Origin: an uncultured Chloroflexia bacterium
GTDB taxonomy: Bacteria; Chloroflexota; Limnocylindria; Limnocylindrales; CSP1-4
Direction: 5' to 3'
Assembly (NCBI GenBank): GCA_963752475.1
Contig: CAVVYR010000007.1
Coordinates: forward strand, 64,001 to 128,000
Length of the DNA: 64,000 nucleotides
The translations under genes and the position numbers were made by a program. The notes beneath the pieces are model-generated. The model did not search any database. It was not told the DNA's origin and was given only the letters and a program-made list of their open reading frames with translations. How positions within the stretch are numbered: position 1 is the first letter of the stretch; each line of letters opens with the position of its first letter. Below are positions 32,047 through 40,721 of this stretch, piece after piece.

Positions 32047-32576
32047 GCCCCGCACGCTTGGGCGAGCAACACATCGGCCCGGCCGACACCGCCAGCTCCG
32101 GCGGGAAGTAGGCCAGGCGCAGGAAGCGCCACCCCTTTTCGCCGCCGATGCGGTAGCGGATGGTCACCCCGTCGCCGGTCCGGCTGGCTCGGAATGTCAG
32201 TCGCTCGCCGGCCCACGACTCTGGCAGGGGCGCCACCGACCAGTCCGAACGGCCGACCGTCACCACCGCTCCCGCGAAGAGCACGCCGTCGCTGAGCTCC
32301 ACGCCGGCCTTGATCCAGTGCTCGGGATCGGCGCGCAGCATCAGGCCGGCCTGGTCGAAGGCGCCCTCGAAGGTCGCATTCGAACGAGACCTCGATGGCG
32401 CCGTCGCCGTCGAGAGGGAGGCCAAGGAAGTGACCGTCGTCGTGGACGAAGTCGTATGACGTCGTACGCCAGAAGTCGGTATCCCGGCCGGTGGTGACGA
32501 CGAGCTCATCGCCCTCGCGTTCCGCAGCCGGCGGCTCGTTGAGCCAGCTCATCTCGTCCCATTCGATCGTGCGCAT
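31985..32576 (-). CDS. DUF1349 protein, frameshifted near 32372
   Basis: WLNEPP, TDFWRTTSYDFVHDDGHF, then shifted FDQAGLML, WIKAGVE, AGPMCCSPKRAG. Confidence 0.8.
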
Positions 32577-32646
32577 CGGTCCCTCCTCGTGTACCCGCAT
32601 CCTAGGCCCTGCCCGGCCTCGGTGATGCGAACCTATACTCCGGGCG

Positions 32647-33645
32647 ATGGTCGTCCATACCCTGCTCCATGTCGTCCGCGGTTTCGCCATGGGCGCCGGC
32701 AACATCGTGCCCGGCGTCTCCGGCGGAACCATCGCCCTCGTGTTCGGTATCTACGAGCGTCTCATCGCCTCGGTGCGTGCCGGATCCAAGGCCCTGACCC
32801 TGCTCGCCCGCGGCGACACCGCCGGCTTCCGGGACTGGATGCGGGCCGTGGAGTGGTCCTTCCTCATCCCGCTGGGCATCGGCATGCTGGTGTCGGTGGT
32901 GGCGCTGGCGAGCCTGCTCCAGACCTACCTGGAGCAGCAGCCTGAGCACATGGCCGCGCTGTTCACCGGCCTGGTCGTGGGTTCGGTGGTGGTGGCCTGG
33001 TGGCTGCTGCGCCGGCCCGGAGCCATCCACCTCGTGGTCATCGTGGCGGTCGGCGTGGTCACGTTCCTGCTGCTGGGGATCCGCGGCGGCGCGGACGAGG
33101 AGAGCGTGGGCCAGGCCGTGGACCCCAGCCTATGGGCCTTCTTCATCGCCGGCCTCATCGCCATCAGCGCGATGATCCTGCCGGGCATCTCGGGCTCGTT
33201 CCTGCTGGTGATCATGGGCATGTACGCCCCCGTCCTCGCTGCGGTGACCGACCGGCAGGTCGTCGAGCTGGGCGTCTTCATGGTCGGTGCGGTCGTCGGG
33301 CTGGCGGCGCTCTCGCAGATCCTGCACGCGGCGCTCCAGCGCTGGCACGACCTCGTGCTGGCGGCGCTCATCGGCCTCATGGCAGGCTCGGTGCGCGTGC
33401 TCTGGCCGTGGCCAGGCGGCGTCGACTCCATCGAGCTGGGCCTGCCTGGCGGTGACGTGGTCGACACCATCGCGTCGCTGGCCGTAGCGGTCGCAGCCTT
33501 CCTGCTGGTCTTGGTCGTGGCCCGCTATGCCCAGGCCCTCGAGGCCGATGAAGAGGCCGAGGGCGTCGGCCCCAGCGAACCCGATGATCTCGCGGAGCCC
33601 GACGCGGAGACCGACGCGGAGCCGGTCCCGAACGCCAAGGCATGA
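32647..33645 (+). CDS. DUF368 membrane protein (undecaprenyl-phosphate translocase family)
   Basis: GFAMGAGNIVPGVSGGTIALVFGIYERL and AMILPGISGSFLLVIMG repeats. Confidence 0.92.
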   Translation: MVVHTLLHVVRGFAMGAGNIVPGVSGGTIALVFGIYERLIASVRAGSKALTLLARGDTAGFRDWMRAVEWSFLIPLGIGMLVSVVALASLLQTYLEQQPEHMAALFTGLVVGSVVVAWWLLRRPGAIHLVVIVAVGVVTFLLLGIRGGADEESVGQAVDPSLWAFFIAGLIAISAMILPGISGSFLLVIMGMYAPVLAAVTDRQVVELGVFMVGAVVGLAALSQILHAALQRWHDLVLAALIGLMAGSVRVLWPWPGGVDSIELGLPGGDVVDTIASLAVAVAAFLLVLVVARYAQALEADEEAEGVGPSEPDDLAEPDAETDAEPVPNAKA

Positions 33646-34736
33646 CCGGACCGGCGCCAGCAGCCGCTCCCGGTCCTCCTGACCACGACCACGACCATGA
33701 CCATGACGAGTCGGGCATCAGGGCCTGGCTGAAGCACACGTTCACGCCCCATAGCCACGATCCAGCCGCCGGTTTCGACAGCGCCCTCGAGTCGAGCGAG
33801 AAGGGCATCTTCGCGGTCAAGGTCTCGCTCGCGGCACTGATGATCACGGCCCTGCTGCAGGTGGTGCTGGTCTGGCTGACGAGCTCGACCGCGCTGCTCG
33901 CCGACACCATCCACAACTTCAGCGATGCGCTCACCTCGGTGCCGCTCTGGATCGCCTTCGTCGTCGGCCGCCGCGCGGCGAACCGCACCTACACCTATGG
34001 CTATGGACGGGCGGAGGACCTCGCTGGGCTCTTCGTCGTGGGCATGATCGCCTTCAGCGCGGTACTCGTGGGTTGGGAGTCACTGCAGCGGCTGTTCGAG
34101 CCGGCAGAGGTCACCAACCTGGGGCTGCTGGCCGCAGCCGGCGTCGTCGGCTTCCTCGGCAACGAGCTCGTGGCCATCTACCGCATCCGCGTGGGCAACG
34201 AGATCGGCTCACAGGCGCTGGTCGCCGATGGACTCCACGCACGCACCGATGGGCTGACCTCGATCGCCGTCGTCATCGCCGCGGCCGGCGTCTGGCTCGG
34301 CTTCCCCCTGGCCGATCCCATCATCGGGCTCGGCATCACGGTGGCCATCCTGTGGATCCTGCGCGATGCGGCCCGGGCCGTGTTCCGCCGCCTGATGGAC
34401 GCGGTCGACCCGGAGCTCGTCGATGACGTCGAGCGTGTCGCCGCTGCCGTGGAGGGCGTGAAGGAGGTCGAGACCGTGCGCGTGCGCTGGGTCGGCCACC
34501 GCCTCAGCGCCAGCGTCTCATTGGTCGTCGACTGCAAGCAGACCGTGGCCGAGGGCCACCACATCGCCGAGCACGTCAGGCACGCGCTCTACCACGAGGT
34601 TGGGCGACTGGATATGGTCGTCGTCCACGTCGATCCCTGTGAGTGTGGTGACGCCGACGCGCATGCGCACACGCGCGATCACGATGAGACACTGCCGCCG
34701 AGGCGCGAGGAGCGCCCGACCGAGGACGGAGCCTAG
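33642..34736 (+). CDS. Cation diffusion facilitator (CDF) metal exporter
   Basis: His-rich HDHDHDHD N-terminus, ALLADTIHNFSD, LVADGLHARTD, VVHVDP. Confidence 0.93.
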   Translation: MTGPAPAAAPGPPDHDHDHDHDESGIRAWLKHTFTPHSHDPAAGFDSALESSEKGIFAVKVSLAALMITALLQVVLVWLTSSTALLADTIHNFSDALTSVPLWIAFVVGRRAANRTYTYGYGRAEDLAGLFVVGMIAFSAVLVGWESLQRLFEPAEVTNLGLLAAAGVVGFLGNELVAIYRIRVGNEIGSQALVADGLHARTDGLTSIAVVIAAAGVWLGFPLADPIIGLGITVAILWILRDAARAVFRRLMDAVDPELVDDVERVAAAVEGVKEVETVRVRWVGHRLSASVSLVVDCKQTVAEGHHIAEHVRHALYHEVGRLDMVVVHVDPCECGDADAHAHTRDHDETLPPRREERPTEDGA

Positions 34737-35047
34737 GCCGAAGCGGTGTGGGATCTGCCGATGCCACCGCCGCGCACCGCCGAGGCGATGGGCAGGGGCA
34801 CGTTCCAGCCGATCAGCTCACAGCCGAGGAAGTGCGGGGACTCCTGGCCCGGCGTGCAGCGTGGGCAGCCCCAGTAGGCGTAGCCGCCTTCGTCTGGCAT
34901 GAAGTCGAGGTGGCACACGTCCTCCGCGGGGTCACAGTAGGGATCGTGGCAGTTGCAGTCACAGCCGACCGGGTGGTCACAGCTGCAGACCGCGTCAGGG
35001 GAGGGCTCACGGATGACCGTGGCCCTGATCGGCTCGCGCATGGCCAT
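34733..35047 (-). CDS. Small Cys/His-rich hypothetical protein
   Basis: Strong GGAGGT RBS; 10 Cys incl. CSC, CDCNCH, CPRC in 104 aa. Confidence 0.7.
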   Translation of the reverse strand: MAMREPIRATVIREPSPDAVCSCDHPVGCDCNCHDPYCDPAEDVCHLDFMPDEGGYAYWGCPRCTPGQESPHFLGCELIGWNVPLPIASAVRGGGIGRSHTASA

Positions 35048-35149
35048 CGAGCGTCACCTCCGCTCGCCTAGGCCCGCGGCATGGCCCCCCGGGGCCAGCG
35101 ATGCCCGTATGGTCGCAGGCCCGTCAAGGGGCGCGACCTCCGAACCCTC

Positions 35150-35704
35150 CTACTCGGTCACCTTGCGCGCGACGTCGCCGGGCCGGACGAGGCCCGAACG
35201 GACCACGCGGGTGTTGGCGCCACGCATGCGCAGCGACAGCCCTTCCTTGGTGCTGATGTGGCGCAGGGCGTCCGCACCCCACCACGAGCGGAACTGCACA
35301 CAGCCGGTGTGTGGCTCAGCCTGGACCTCGAGGACGGCCTCGCCGATCTCGATGCGCGTGCCGGTGGGCATGTTGGCCTCGGAGAGATCGAGATCGACGT
35401 AGAGCTGGTCGCCGCACTGGGCCCAGGTGGCGGGCTCCGGATCGCCGCTCACGAGCTCGGCCGCGCGCGCGTTCATGACCGTCACCTGCGCATCTGGGTT
35501 GGGTGTCTCGCGGTTCATGCCGGGACGGTTGATCCAGTCGTCGCCGACGAGCCCCTGCTCGATATCGAGCCGGCCACGGCTGAGGATCTCGCGCTGACCG
35601 CGACCCGGTCGCCGCACGACGAGGCGCACCGCGCCTTCATCCCGGGGCGTGTCGTACACCCGCGCCATCCCCGCCTCGAGCTGCTCTGCCGTCTGATGTG
35701 CCAT
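35150..35704 (-). CDS. MOSC domain protein
   Basis: GLVGDDW, QVTVMNARA, GDQLYVDLDLS, PHTGCVQF, LRMRGANTRV. Confidence 0.9.
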   Translation of the reverse strand: MAHQTAEQLEAGMARVYDTPRDEGAVRLVVRRPGRGQREILSRGRLDIEQGLVGDDWINRPGMNRETPNPDAQVTVMNARAAELVSGDPEPATWAQCGDQLYVDLDLSEANMPTGTRIEIGEAVLEVQAEPHTGCVQFRSWWGADALRHISTKEGLSLRMRGANTRVVRSGLVRPGDVARKVTE

Positions 35705-35768
35705 GGTCGGAGTATGCCGCAAGCCTCGTCGTCCGAACGTCACAGACGCGTGCTTTGATACGCGAGCC

Positions 35769-37439
35769 ATGACGACCACTTCCCCGACTGCCCCCGCGCC
35801 CCGCGCCGCCCGTTCCCGCATCCCCGACCTTGCCGCCTTCGTGGCCGGTGGCCTCGCGGCCGCGCTGGGCATCGCCATCGGGGAAATGATGGCCGGCCTC
35901 GTGCCTGGCGCGCCCTCGCTGATCATCGCCATCGGTGACTTCGTCATCGAGAACCAGCCGCCCGGGGCGAAGGAACTGATCGTCGAGATCTTCGGCTCCA
36001 ACAACAAGCTCGCGCTCAACGTCGGCATCACCGTCACGGCCATCCTCATCGCTGGCCTCCTCGGTGTGGTCGGCCGGCGCAACTGGATCGTGCCGGTGGC
36101 TGGCTTCGTGATCGCGGGAGCGGTCGGCCTCGGCGCCGCCCTCACGCGGCCGCTCATCGACCCCCTGCTGGCGGTCATCACCATCGTCGTGGCCATCGGC
36201 ATCGCGGTCGTGGCCCTACGCTGGATGCTCGGCTTCACCGCCCCGGCATGGGCCGCCGCGTCTGCGGCCACAGATGCAGCCGCCGAGGGGGCCGCCGCTG
36301 CAGCCGCCGACGGGGCCGAGCAAACGGACCCTGTCGCCGCCGCCGCATCCATGCCCGATTGGGATCGCCGCGGCTTCCTCCAGGCCAGTGGTGGCGTGGC
36401 CGTCGGTGCCGTGCTCCTTGGCACCATCGGTCGCAACCTCATCACCGAGGGCGAGAAGGCTCCGCTCGAGGTCTCCGAGCTGCCCGCGCCTGACGTTCCG
36501 GCCCCGGCGCTACCCGCCTCGGCCTCCCTGGACGTGGATGGCGTCTCCCCCATCGTCACGCCCAACGACGAGTTCTATCGCATCGACACCGCGCTGGTGA
36601 ACCCGCGCGTCGATGTGGCCGACTGGAAGCTGCGCCTCCACGGCTACGTCGATCGCGAGGTCGAGCTCACCTACGATGATCTCCTCGACATGCCCCTCCT
36701 GGAGCAGTACGTGACCATCGCCTGCGTCTCCAACAAGGTCGGCGACGACCTCATCGGCAACGCGCTCTGGACCGGCGTCGACCTCCGCGAGGTACTCGAC
36801 ATGGCCGGCGTGCAGCCAGCCGGCGAGCAGATCGTGGGCCGTTCGGTGGACGGCTTCACGGCGGGCTTCCCGACCTCCTGGGCCATGGACCCCGCGCGCA
36901 CCCCCATGATCGCCATCGGCATGAACGGTGAACCGCTGCCGCGCGATCATGGCTATCCGGCACGCCTCATCATCCCCGGCCTCTACGGCTACGTCAGCGC
37001 CACCAAGTGGCTGAGCGAGATCCAGCTCACCGGCTGGGAGGAGTTCGACGGCTACTGGATCCCGCGCAACTGGGCCAAGGAGGCGCCGATCCTGACGCAG
37101 TCACGCATCGACACACCCAAGCCGAACGCCAGCCTCGCGGGCGGTACGACCGTGCCCATCGGTGGTGTGGCCTGGGCGGTGGACCGCGGCATCACCAAGG
37201 TGGAGGTCGCCATCGACGGTGCTGAGTGGCAGGAGTGCGAGATCTCCGACCCGCTCAACGACGCCACCTGGGTCCAGTGGGTCCTGCCCTGGGACGTGCC
37301 CGCGGATGGCGGCTCACACGACATCAAGGTCCGTGCTACTGATGGGGACGGCGTGGTCCAGACCGCGGACATCACCCCGCCCGCACCCGATGGCGCCCGT
37401 GGCCACCACGCCATCCGCGTCCAGGTCGACGCCGCCTAG
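35769..37439 (+). CDS. Membrane-anchored sulfite-oxidase-family molybdoenzyme
   Basis: Multi-TM N-terminus, internal DRRGFLQ, FYRIDTAL, TIACVSN, HGYPARLIIPGLYGYVSATKWL. Confidence 0.92.
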   Translation: MTTTSPTAPAPRAARSRIPDLAAFVAGGLAAALGIAIGEMMAGLVPGAPSLIIAIGDFVIENQPPGAKELIVEIFGSNNKLALNVGITVTAILIAGLLGVVGRRNWIVPVAGFVIAGAVGLGAALTRPLIDPLLAVITIVVAIGIAVVALRWMLGFTAPAWAAASAATDAAAEGAAAAAADGAEQTDPVAAAASMPDWDRRGFLQASGGVAVGAVLLGTIGRNLITEGEKAPLEVSELPAPDVPAPALPASASLDVDGVSPIVTPNDEFYRIDTALVNPRVDVADWKLRLHGYVDREVELTYDDLLDMPLLEQYVTIACVSNKVGDDLIGNALWTGVDLREVLDMAGVQPAGEQIVGRSVDGFTAGFPTSWAMDPARTPMIAIGMNGEPLPRDHGYPARLIIPGLYGYVSATKWLSEIQLTGWEEFDGYWIPRNWAKEAPILTQSRIDTPKPNASLAGGTTVPIGGVAWAVDRGITKVEVAIDGAEWQECEISDPLNDATWVQWVLPWDVPADGGSHDIKVRATDGDGVVQTADITPPAPDGARGHHAIRVQVDAA

Positions 37440-37698
37440 TCAGCCGTTTGCGGCGCTCGAAACACCTCAGAGGCTGTTCAGGCTGGGCGGCGCTACCCGG
37501 CGATCGGGTGACTCGGCGAAGCGAGAGCCTCGTCCGGCTGCTTCCTTCGCCGTCCGACCCCACCGCTGGGTCGAGTGGCGAGGCGCTCGTTGCTTGACCC
37601 GTTCCCGGGGTGAGATGGCGAAGCACCAGTCCTTGAGACGCGCCTGCTTCGCCCAGTGACCCCTGGGGTGGGTAGCGGCTCCACGCCGCCGGGTCGCG

Positions 37699-38538
37699 CT
37701 ACTCGACGTCGACCTCGCCGCTGATGATGGTGCGGGTGGCGCCACCGACCCAGATGGCACCGTCCCCGTCCTGGCTGATCCGAGGCCGCCCCGTGCGACC
37801 CATGACCGTGCCCTGGCTGGCGGTGTACGGCGGCACCACGCGACCGATCCCCACCAGCCACTGCGCGACCGAGGCGTTGAGGCTACCGGTGACGGGGTCC
37901 TCCATCACCTCCTGGCGGTCGTTGGTGAAGATGGCGCGCACCTCGTAGGCACACTCGGAGCCTTCGGGGTACAGGCCCACGACGCCGATATCGAGGTGCT
38001 CGCCGTCGCCGGTCGGGCGCAGCCGCAGCACGTCCTGAGCCGACTCGAGCATGACCGCCACCCAGCCAGGCCCGTTGTCCACCCACTGGCTGTCGACGAT
38101 ATCGCCGACCGCGATGCCCAGGACATGTGCGATGCGTTCGAGGTCCTGGGGCGAGACCGCACCCGATCGCGTCGTCGGAGGTGCCCCGAAGGCGAGCACG
38201 CCGTCGATGAGGCGGATGGGGATGAGGCCGGCCGGGCACTCCTGCACGATCCGCTCGGGTTCACGTGGCTGCCCACCGGCTGCCAGCCAGGCGTGGCACG
38301 TGCCCAACGTGGGGTGGCCGGCGAAGGGCAGCTCGCCGACCTGCGTGAAGATGCGTACCGCGTAGTCGGCGACAGGATCGCTCGGCGGCAGCAGGAACGT
38401 CGCTTCCGAGAGGTTGGTCCAGCGCGTGAAGCGCTCCATCTGTTCGGTGCTCAGGCCGACCGCGTCGTGCACCACCGCTACCGGGTTCCCGCGCAGAGGC
38501 TCTGGTGAGAAGACATCGACCTGCTGGAACCGGCGCAT
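37699..38538 (-). CDS. PhzF-family isomerase
   Basis: QVDVFS, GNPVAVV, NLSEATF, ELPFAGHPTLG, EDPVTGSLNA. Confidence 0.93.
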   Translation of the reverse strand: MRRFQQVDVFSPEPLRGNPVAVVHDAVGLSTEQMERFTRWTNLSEATFLLPPSDPVADYAVRIFTQVGELPFAGHPTLGTCHAWLAAGGQPREPERIVQECPAGLIPIRLIDGVLAFGAPPTTRSGAVSPQDLERIAHVLGIAVGDIVDSQWVDNGPGWVAVMLESAQDVLRLRPTGDGEHLDIGVVGLYPEGSECAYEVRAIFTNDRQEVMEDPVTGSLNASVAQWLVGIGRVVPPYTASQGTVMGRTGRPRISQDGDGAIWVGGATRTIISGEVDVE

Positions 38539-38698
38539 CCGCGACTCCCTCGCTGCTGGCTGCTGTTTCTCTGATTGTCGGCCAGATGACACCGAAAGGG
38601 TCACCAGCCCACTAACCCTCCGGCACCTCCCGGCCCGACCATGTGGTCAACGTCGGAAACACACCACGTCGGGTGGCACAGCCAACAGGGAGAACACG

Positions 38699-38893
38699 AT
38701 GAACCGCACGAAGCTCGCAGTCGTCAGCACCATCACCGCCGTCATGATCCTCGGCTCCACCATCGTCTTCGCCTCGGCCCCCGCCGCCGACACGGCCGAC
38801 ACCGGCGCCGACGCCCCCTCGATGACCACCGACCTGCAGGCCGATCCCAACGTCCGCCGCGGCGGCGGCGCCGGCCACAACCTCAAGAAGTAG
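38699..38893 (+). CDS. Small secreted peptide (64 aa)
   Basis: AGGGAG RBS; MNRTKLAVVSTITAVMILGSTIVFA signal peptide; high GC3; followed by a perfect hairpin. Confidence 0.75.
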   Translation: MNRTKLAVVSTITAVMILGSTIVFASAPAADTADTGADAPSMTTDLQADPNVRRGGGAGHNLKK

Positions 38894-38906
38894 CTACCCG
38901 ACGTTG

Positions 38907-38945
38907 ACGCGGGGTCAGCTCTCCCAGCTGACCCCGCGTTCCTCT
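38907..38945. terminator. Hairpin between the convergent peptide and pirin genes
   Basis: ACGCGGGGTCAGCT CTCCC AGCTGACCCCGCGT, 14-bp perfect stem. Confidence 0.75.
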
Positions 38946-38954
38946 GTGTGCGGA

Positions 38955-39959
38955 TCAGGCCGTGGCGTCGCCTTCATCGGTCGAGACCACGCGATCCGGG
39001 GCAGCGTGGACCGCCGGGATCGAGCCCAGTCGACCGGCTTGGTAGTCGCTGAAGGCCTGCATGACCTCCGCTCGCGTGTTCATCACGAACGGCCCCATCC
39101 AGGCTACCGGCTCGCGGATGGGCAGGCCGCCCAGGATGAGCACGTCCATGTTCGGACTGCGACTCTCCTGCACCTGGCCGGCCCGAACCGTCAGCACATC
39201 GCCGGGGCCGTAGACCGCGAGCTGGCCCATGCCGATCGGTCGCCGGTCGCCACCGACCGTGCCTTCGCCATTGAGCACGTACAGCAGCCCGTTGAAGTCC
39301 GCGCGCCACGGCAGCGAGAGCTGGGCTCCGGGGCTGAGCGTGGCGTGGACCTGCGCCATGGGCGTATACGTTGAGCCCGGCCCACGATGTCCGCCGACCT
39401 CGCCGGCGATGATACGCAGCAGCGCTCCACCATCGTCGGACGCCACCAGCGCCACCTCGTCTGCTCGCAGGTCCTGGTAGCGAGGGTCGGCGGCCTTCTT
39501 CGAGCGGGGCAGGTTGACCCACAGCTGGAAGCCGTGGAAGAGGCCGCCGCTGACCACCAGATGCTCCGGTGGTGTCTCGATGTGGAGGATGCCGGCACCG
39601 GCGGTCATCCACTGCGTGTCGCCGTTGGTGATGCTCCCGCCGCCGCCGTTGGAGTCGCTGTGGTCCATGATCCCGTCGATCATGTAGGTCACGGTCTCGA
39701 AGCCGCGATGAGGATGCCAGGGTGTGCCCTTGGGCTCGCCCGGAGCGTACTCGACCTCGCCCATCTGATCGAGGTGGATGAAGGGGTCGAGATCCCGCAG
39801 GTCGACCCCGGCGAATGCGCGGCGCACCGGGAAGCCCTCACCTTCGAACGCACTCGGCGCTTGGGTCACGCTCTTGACGTCGCGCTCTCTCGCGAGCAGG
39901 GGGTCGGGTCGCGGGATGCGCGGTAGTGCGGTGATGTCGTCGACGGTGATGGCTGGCAT
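38955..39959 (-). CDS. Pirin family protein
   Basis: EGEGFPVRR, DPFIHLDQM, WHPHRGFETVTY, QWMTAGAGILHIE, GPFVMNT. Confidence 0.95.
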   Translation of the reverse strand: MPAITVDDITALPRIPRPDPLLARERDVKSVTQAPSAFEGEGFPVRRAFAGVDLRDLDPFIHLDQMGEVEYAPGEPKGTPWHPHRGFETVTYMIDGIMDHSDSNGGGGSITNGDTQWMTAGAGILHIETPPEHLVVSGGLFHGFQLWVNLPRSKKAADPRYQDLRADEVALVASDDGGALLRIIAGEVGGHRGPGSTYTPMAQVHATLSPGAQLSLPWRADFNGLLYVLNGEGTVGGDRRPIGMGQLAVYGPGDVLTVRAGQVQESRSPNMDVLILGGLPIREPVAWMGPFVMNTRAEVMQAFSDYQAGRLGSIPAVHAAPDRVVSTDEGDATA

Positions 39960-40003
39960 GGGGGCCTCCAGGGAAAGGGGTCGGGCGCTAGTATCTCGCA
40001 CAT

Positions 40004-40021
40004 TGGTTGCGCAAGCAACTA
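40004..40021. promoter_or_regulatory. Palindromic operator upstream of pirin (MarR-like)
   Basis: TGGTTGC GCAA GCAACTA inverted repeat about 45 bp upstream of the ATG. Confidence 0.5.
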
Positions 40022-40027
40022 TCTATG

Positions 40028-40140
40028 TGTCGGCCAGATGACGCCGCAGGGGTCACCCGGCGTTGCCTGCGACCTCGAAAAGCCACCACCCGACGTTGAG
40101 GCGGAGTCAGCTCTCCCGGCTGACCCGCCGTTTCTCTGTG
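40028..40140 (+). repeat. Copy B: internally deleted 113-bp version of the cassette
   Basis: Left and right blocks of copy A joined; hairpin kept with compensating changes. Confidence 0.85.
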
Positions 40141-40721
40141 GCCACGCGGTCCACGACTGCCTCGAACTCTGCCCACGAGTGGATGTCGACGACGCCCTCC
40201 ATGGGGTCGTTCCAGGGGTGGACCATGCGGCAGACCACCGCGCCAGGCACGCCGGCCGTGAGCTCCTCGAGCTGGTGTGGTGCGTCGTCGAGGTAGACGT
40301 CGCACTCGGCCAACGTCTTGTCCCACAGGAAATGGACCTCGCGTGCGGGCACGTCGTGGTCGGCCAGCCAGGCCAGCGAGTCGGGGATGGCCCAGTCGAA
40401 CTTCGAGCTCACGATACAGACGCGGTGCTTGGCGCCGATGCGCTTGATGGCTTCGATCGCTCCCGGCAGCGGCGGTGCATCGCGGAAGGTCGAGCGGCCG
40501 TCGCCCTGGGCCCAGGCCCAGAAGTCGCCCATCGATCCGAAGTGCGTGAGCGTATGGAGCCCATTCCACTCCTGCACCATCGAGGCGTCCAGCCTGGCGT
40601 CGAAGTCGGCGTTGTAGCGTGTCATCCAGCCGGTGTTGAAATCGGCCAGCACGCCGTCCATGTCGATGCCGACGCGGATGCCTGGCAGGAGATCGTCGAA
40701 GATGCCGCTCCGGTGGCTCAT
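40107..40721 (-). CDS. 5'(3')-deoxyribonucleotidase (NT5C, HAD)
   Basis: GIDMDGVLADF, PLPGAIEAI, WDK, YLDDAPH, HPWN. Confidence 0.88.
   Translation of the reverse strand: MSHRSGIFDDLLPGIRVGIDMDGVLADFNTGWMTRYNADFDARLDASMVQEWNGLHTLTHFGSMGDFWAWAQGDGRSTFRDAPPLPGAIEAIKRIGAKHRVCIVSSKFDWAIPDSLAWLADHDVPAREVHFLWDKTLAECDVYLDDAPHQLEELTAGVPGAVVCRMVHPWNDPMEGVVDIHSWAEFEAVVDRVATEKRRVSRES

Larger units (their letters stand above)
38576..38948 (+). repeat. Copy A of a duplicated cassette (left block, small ORF, hairpin block)
   Basis: 38576-605 matches 40028-057 at 27/30; 38896-948 matches 40088-140 at 47/53. Confidence 0.85.

Noticed and set aside
37537-37548. GAAGGAAGCAGC on minus resembling SRP helix 8
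   Set aside because: Lacks the TCAGG-TCC stem partner; real ffs is at 52401
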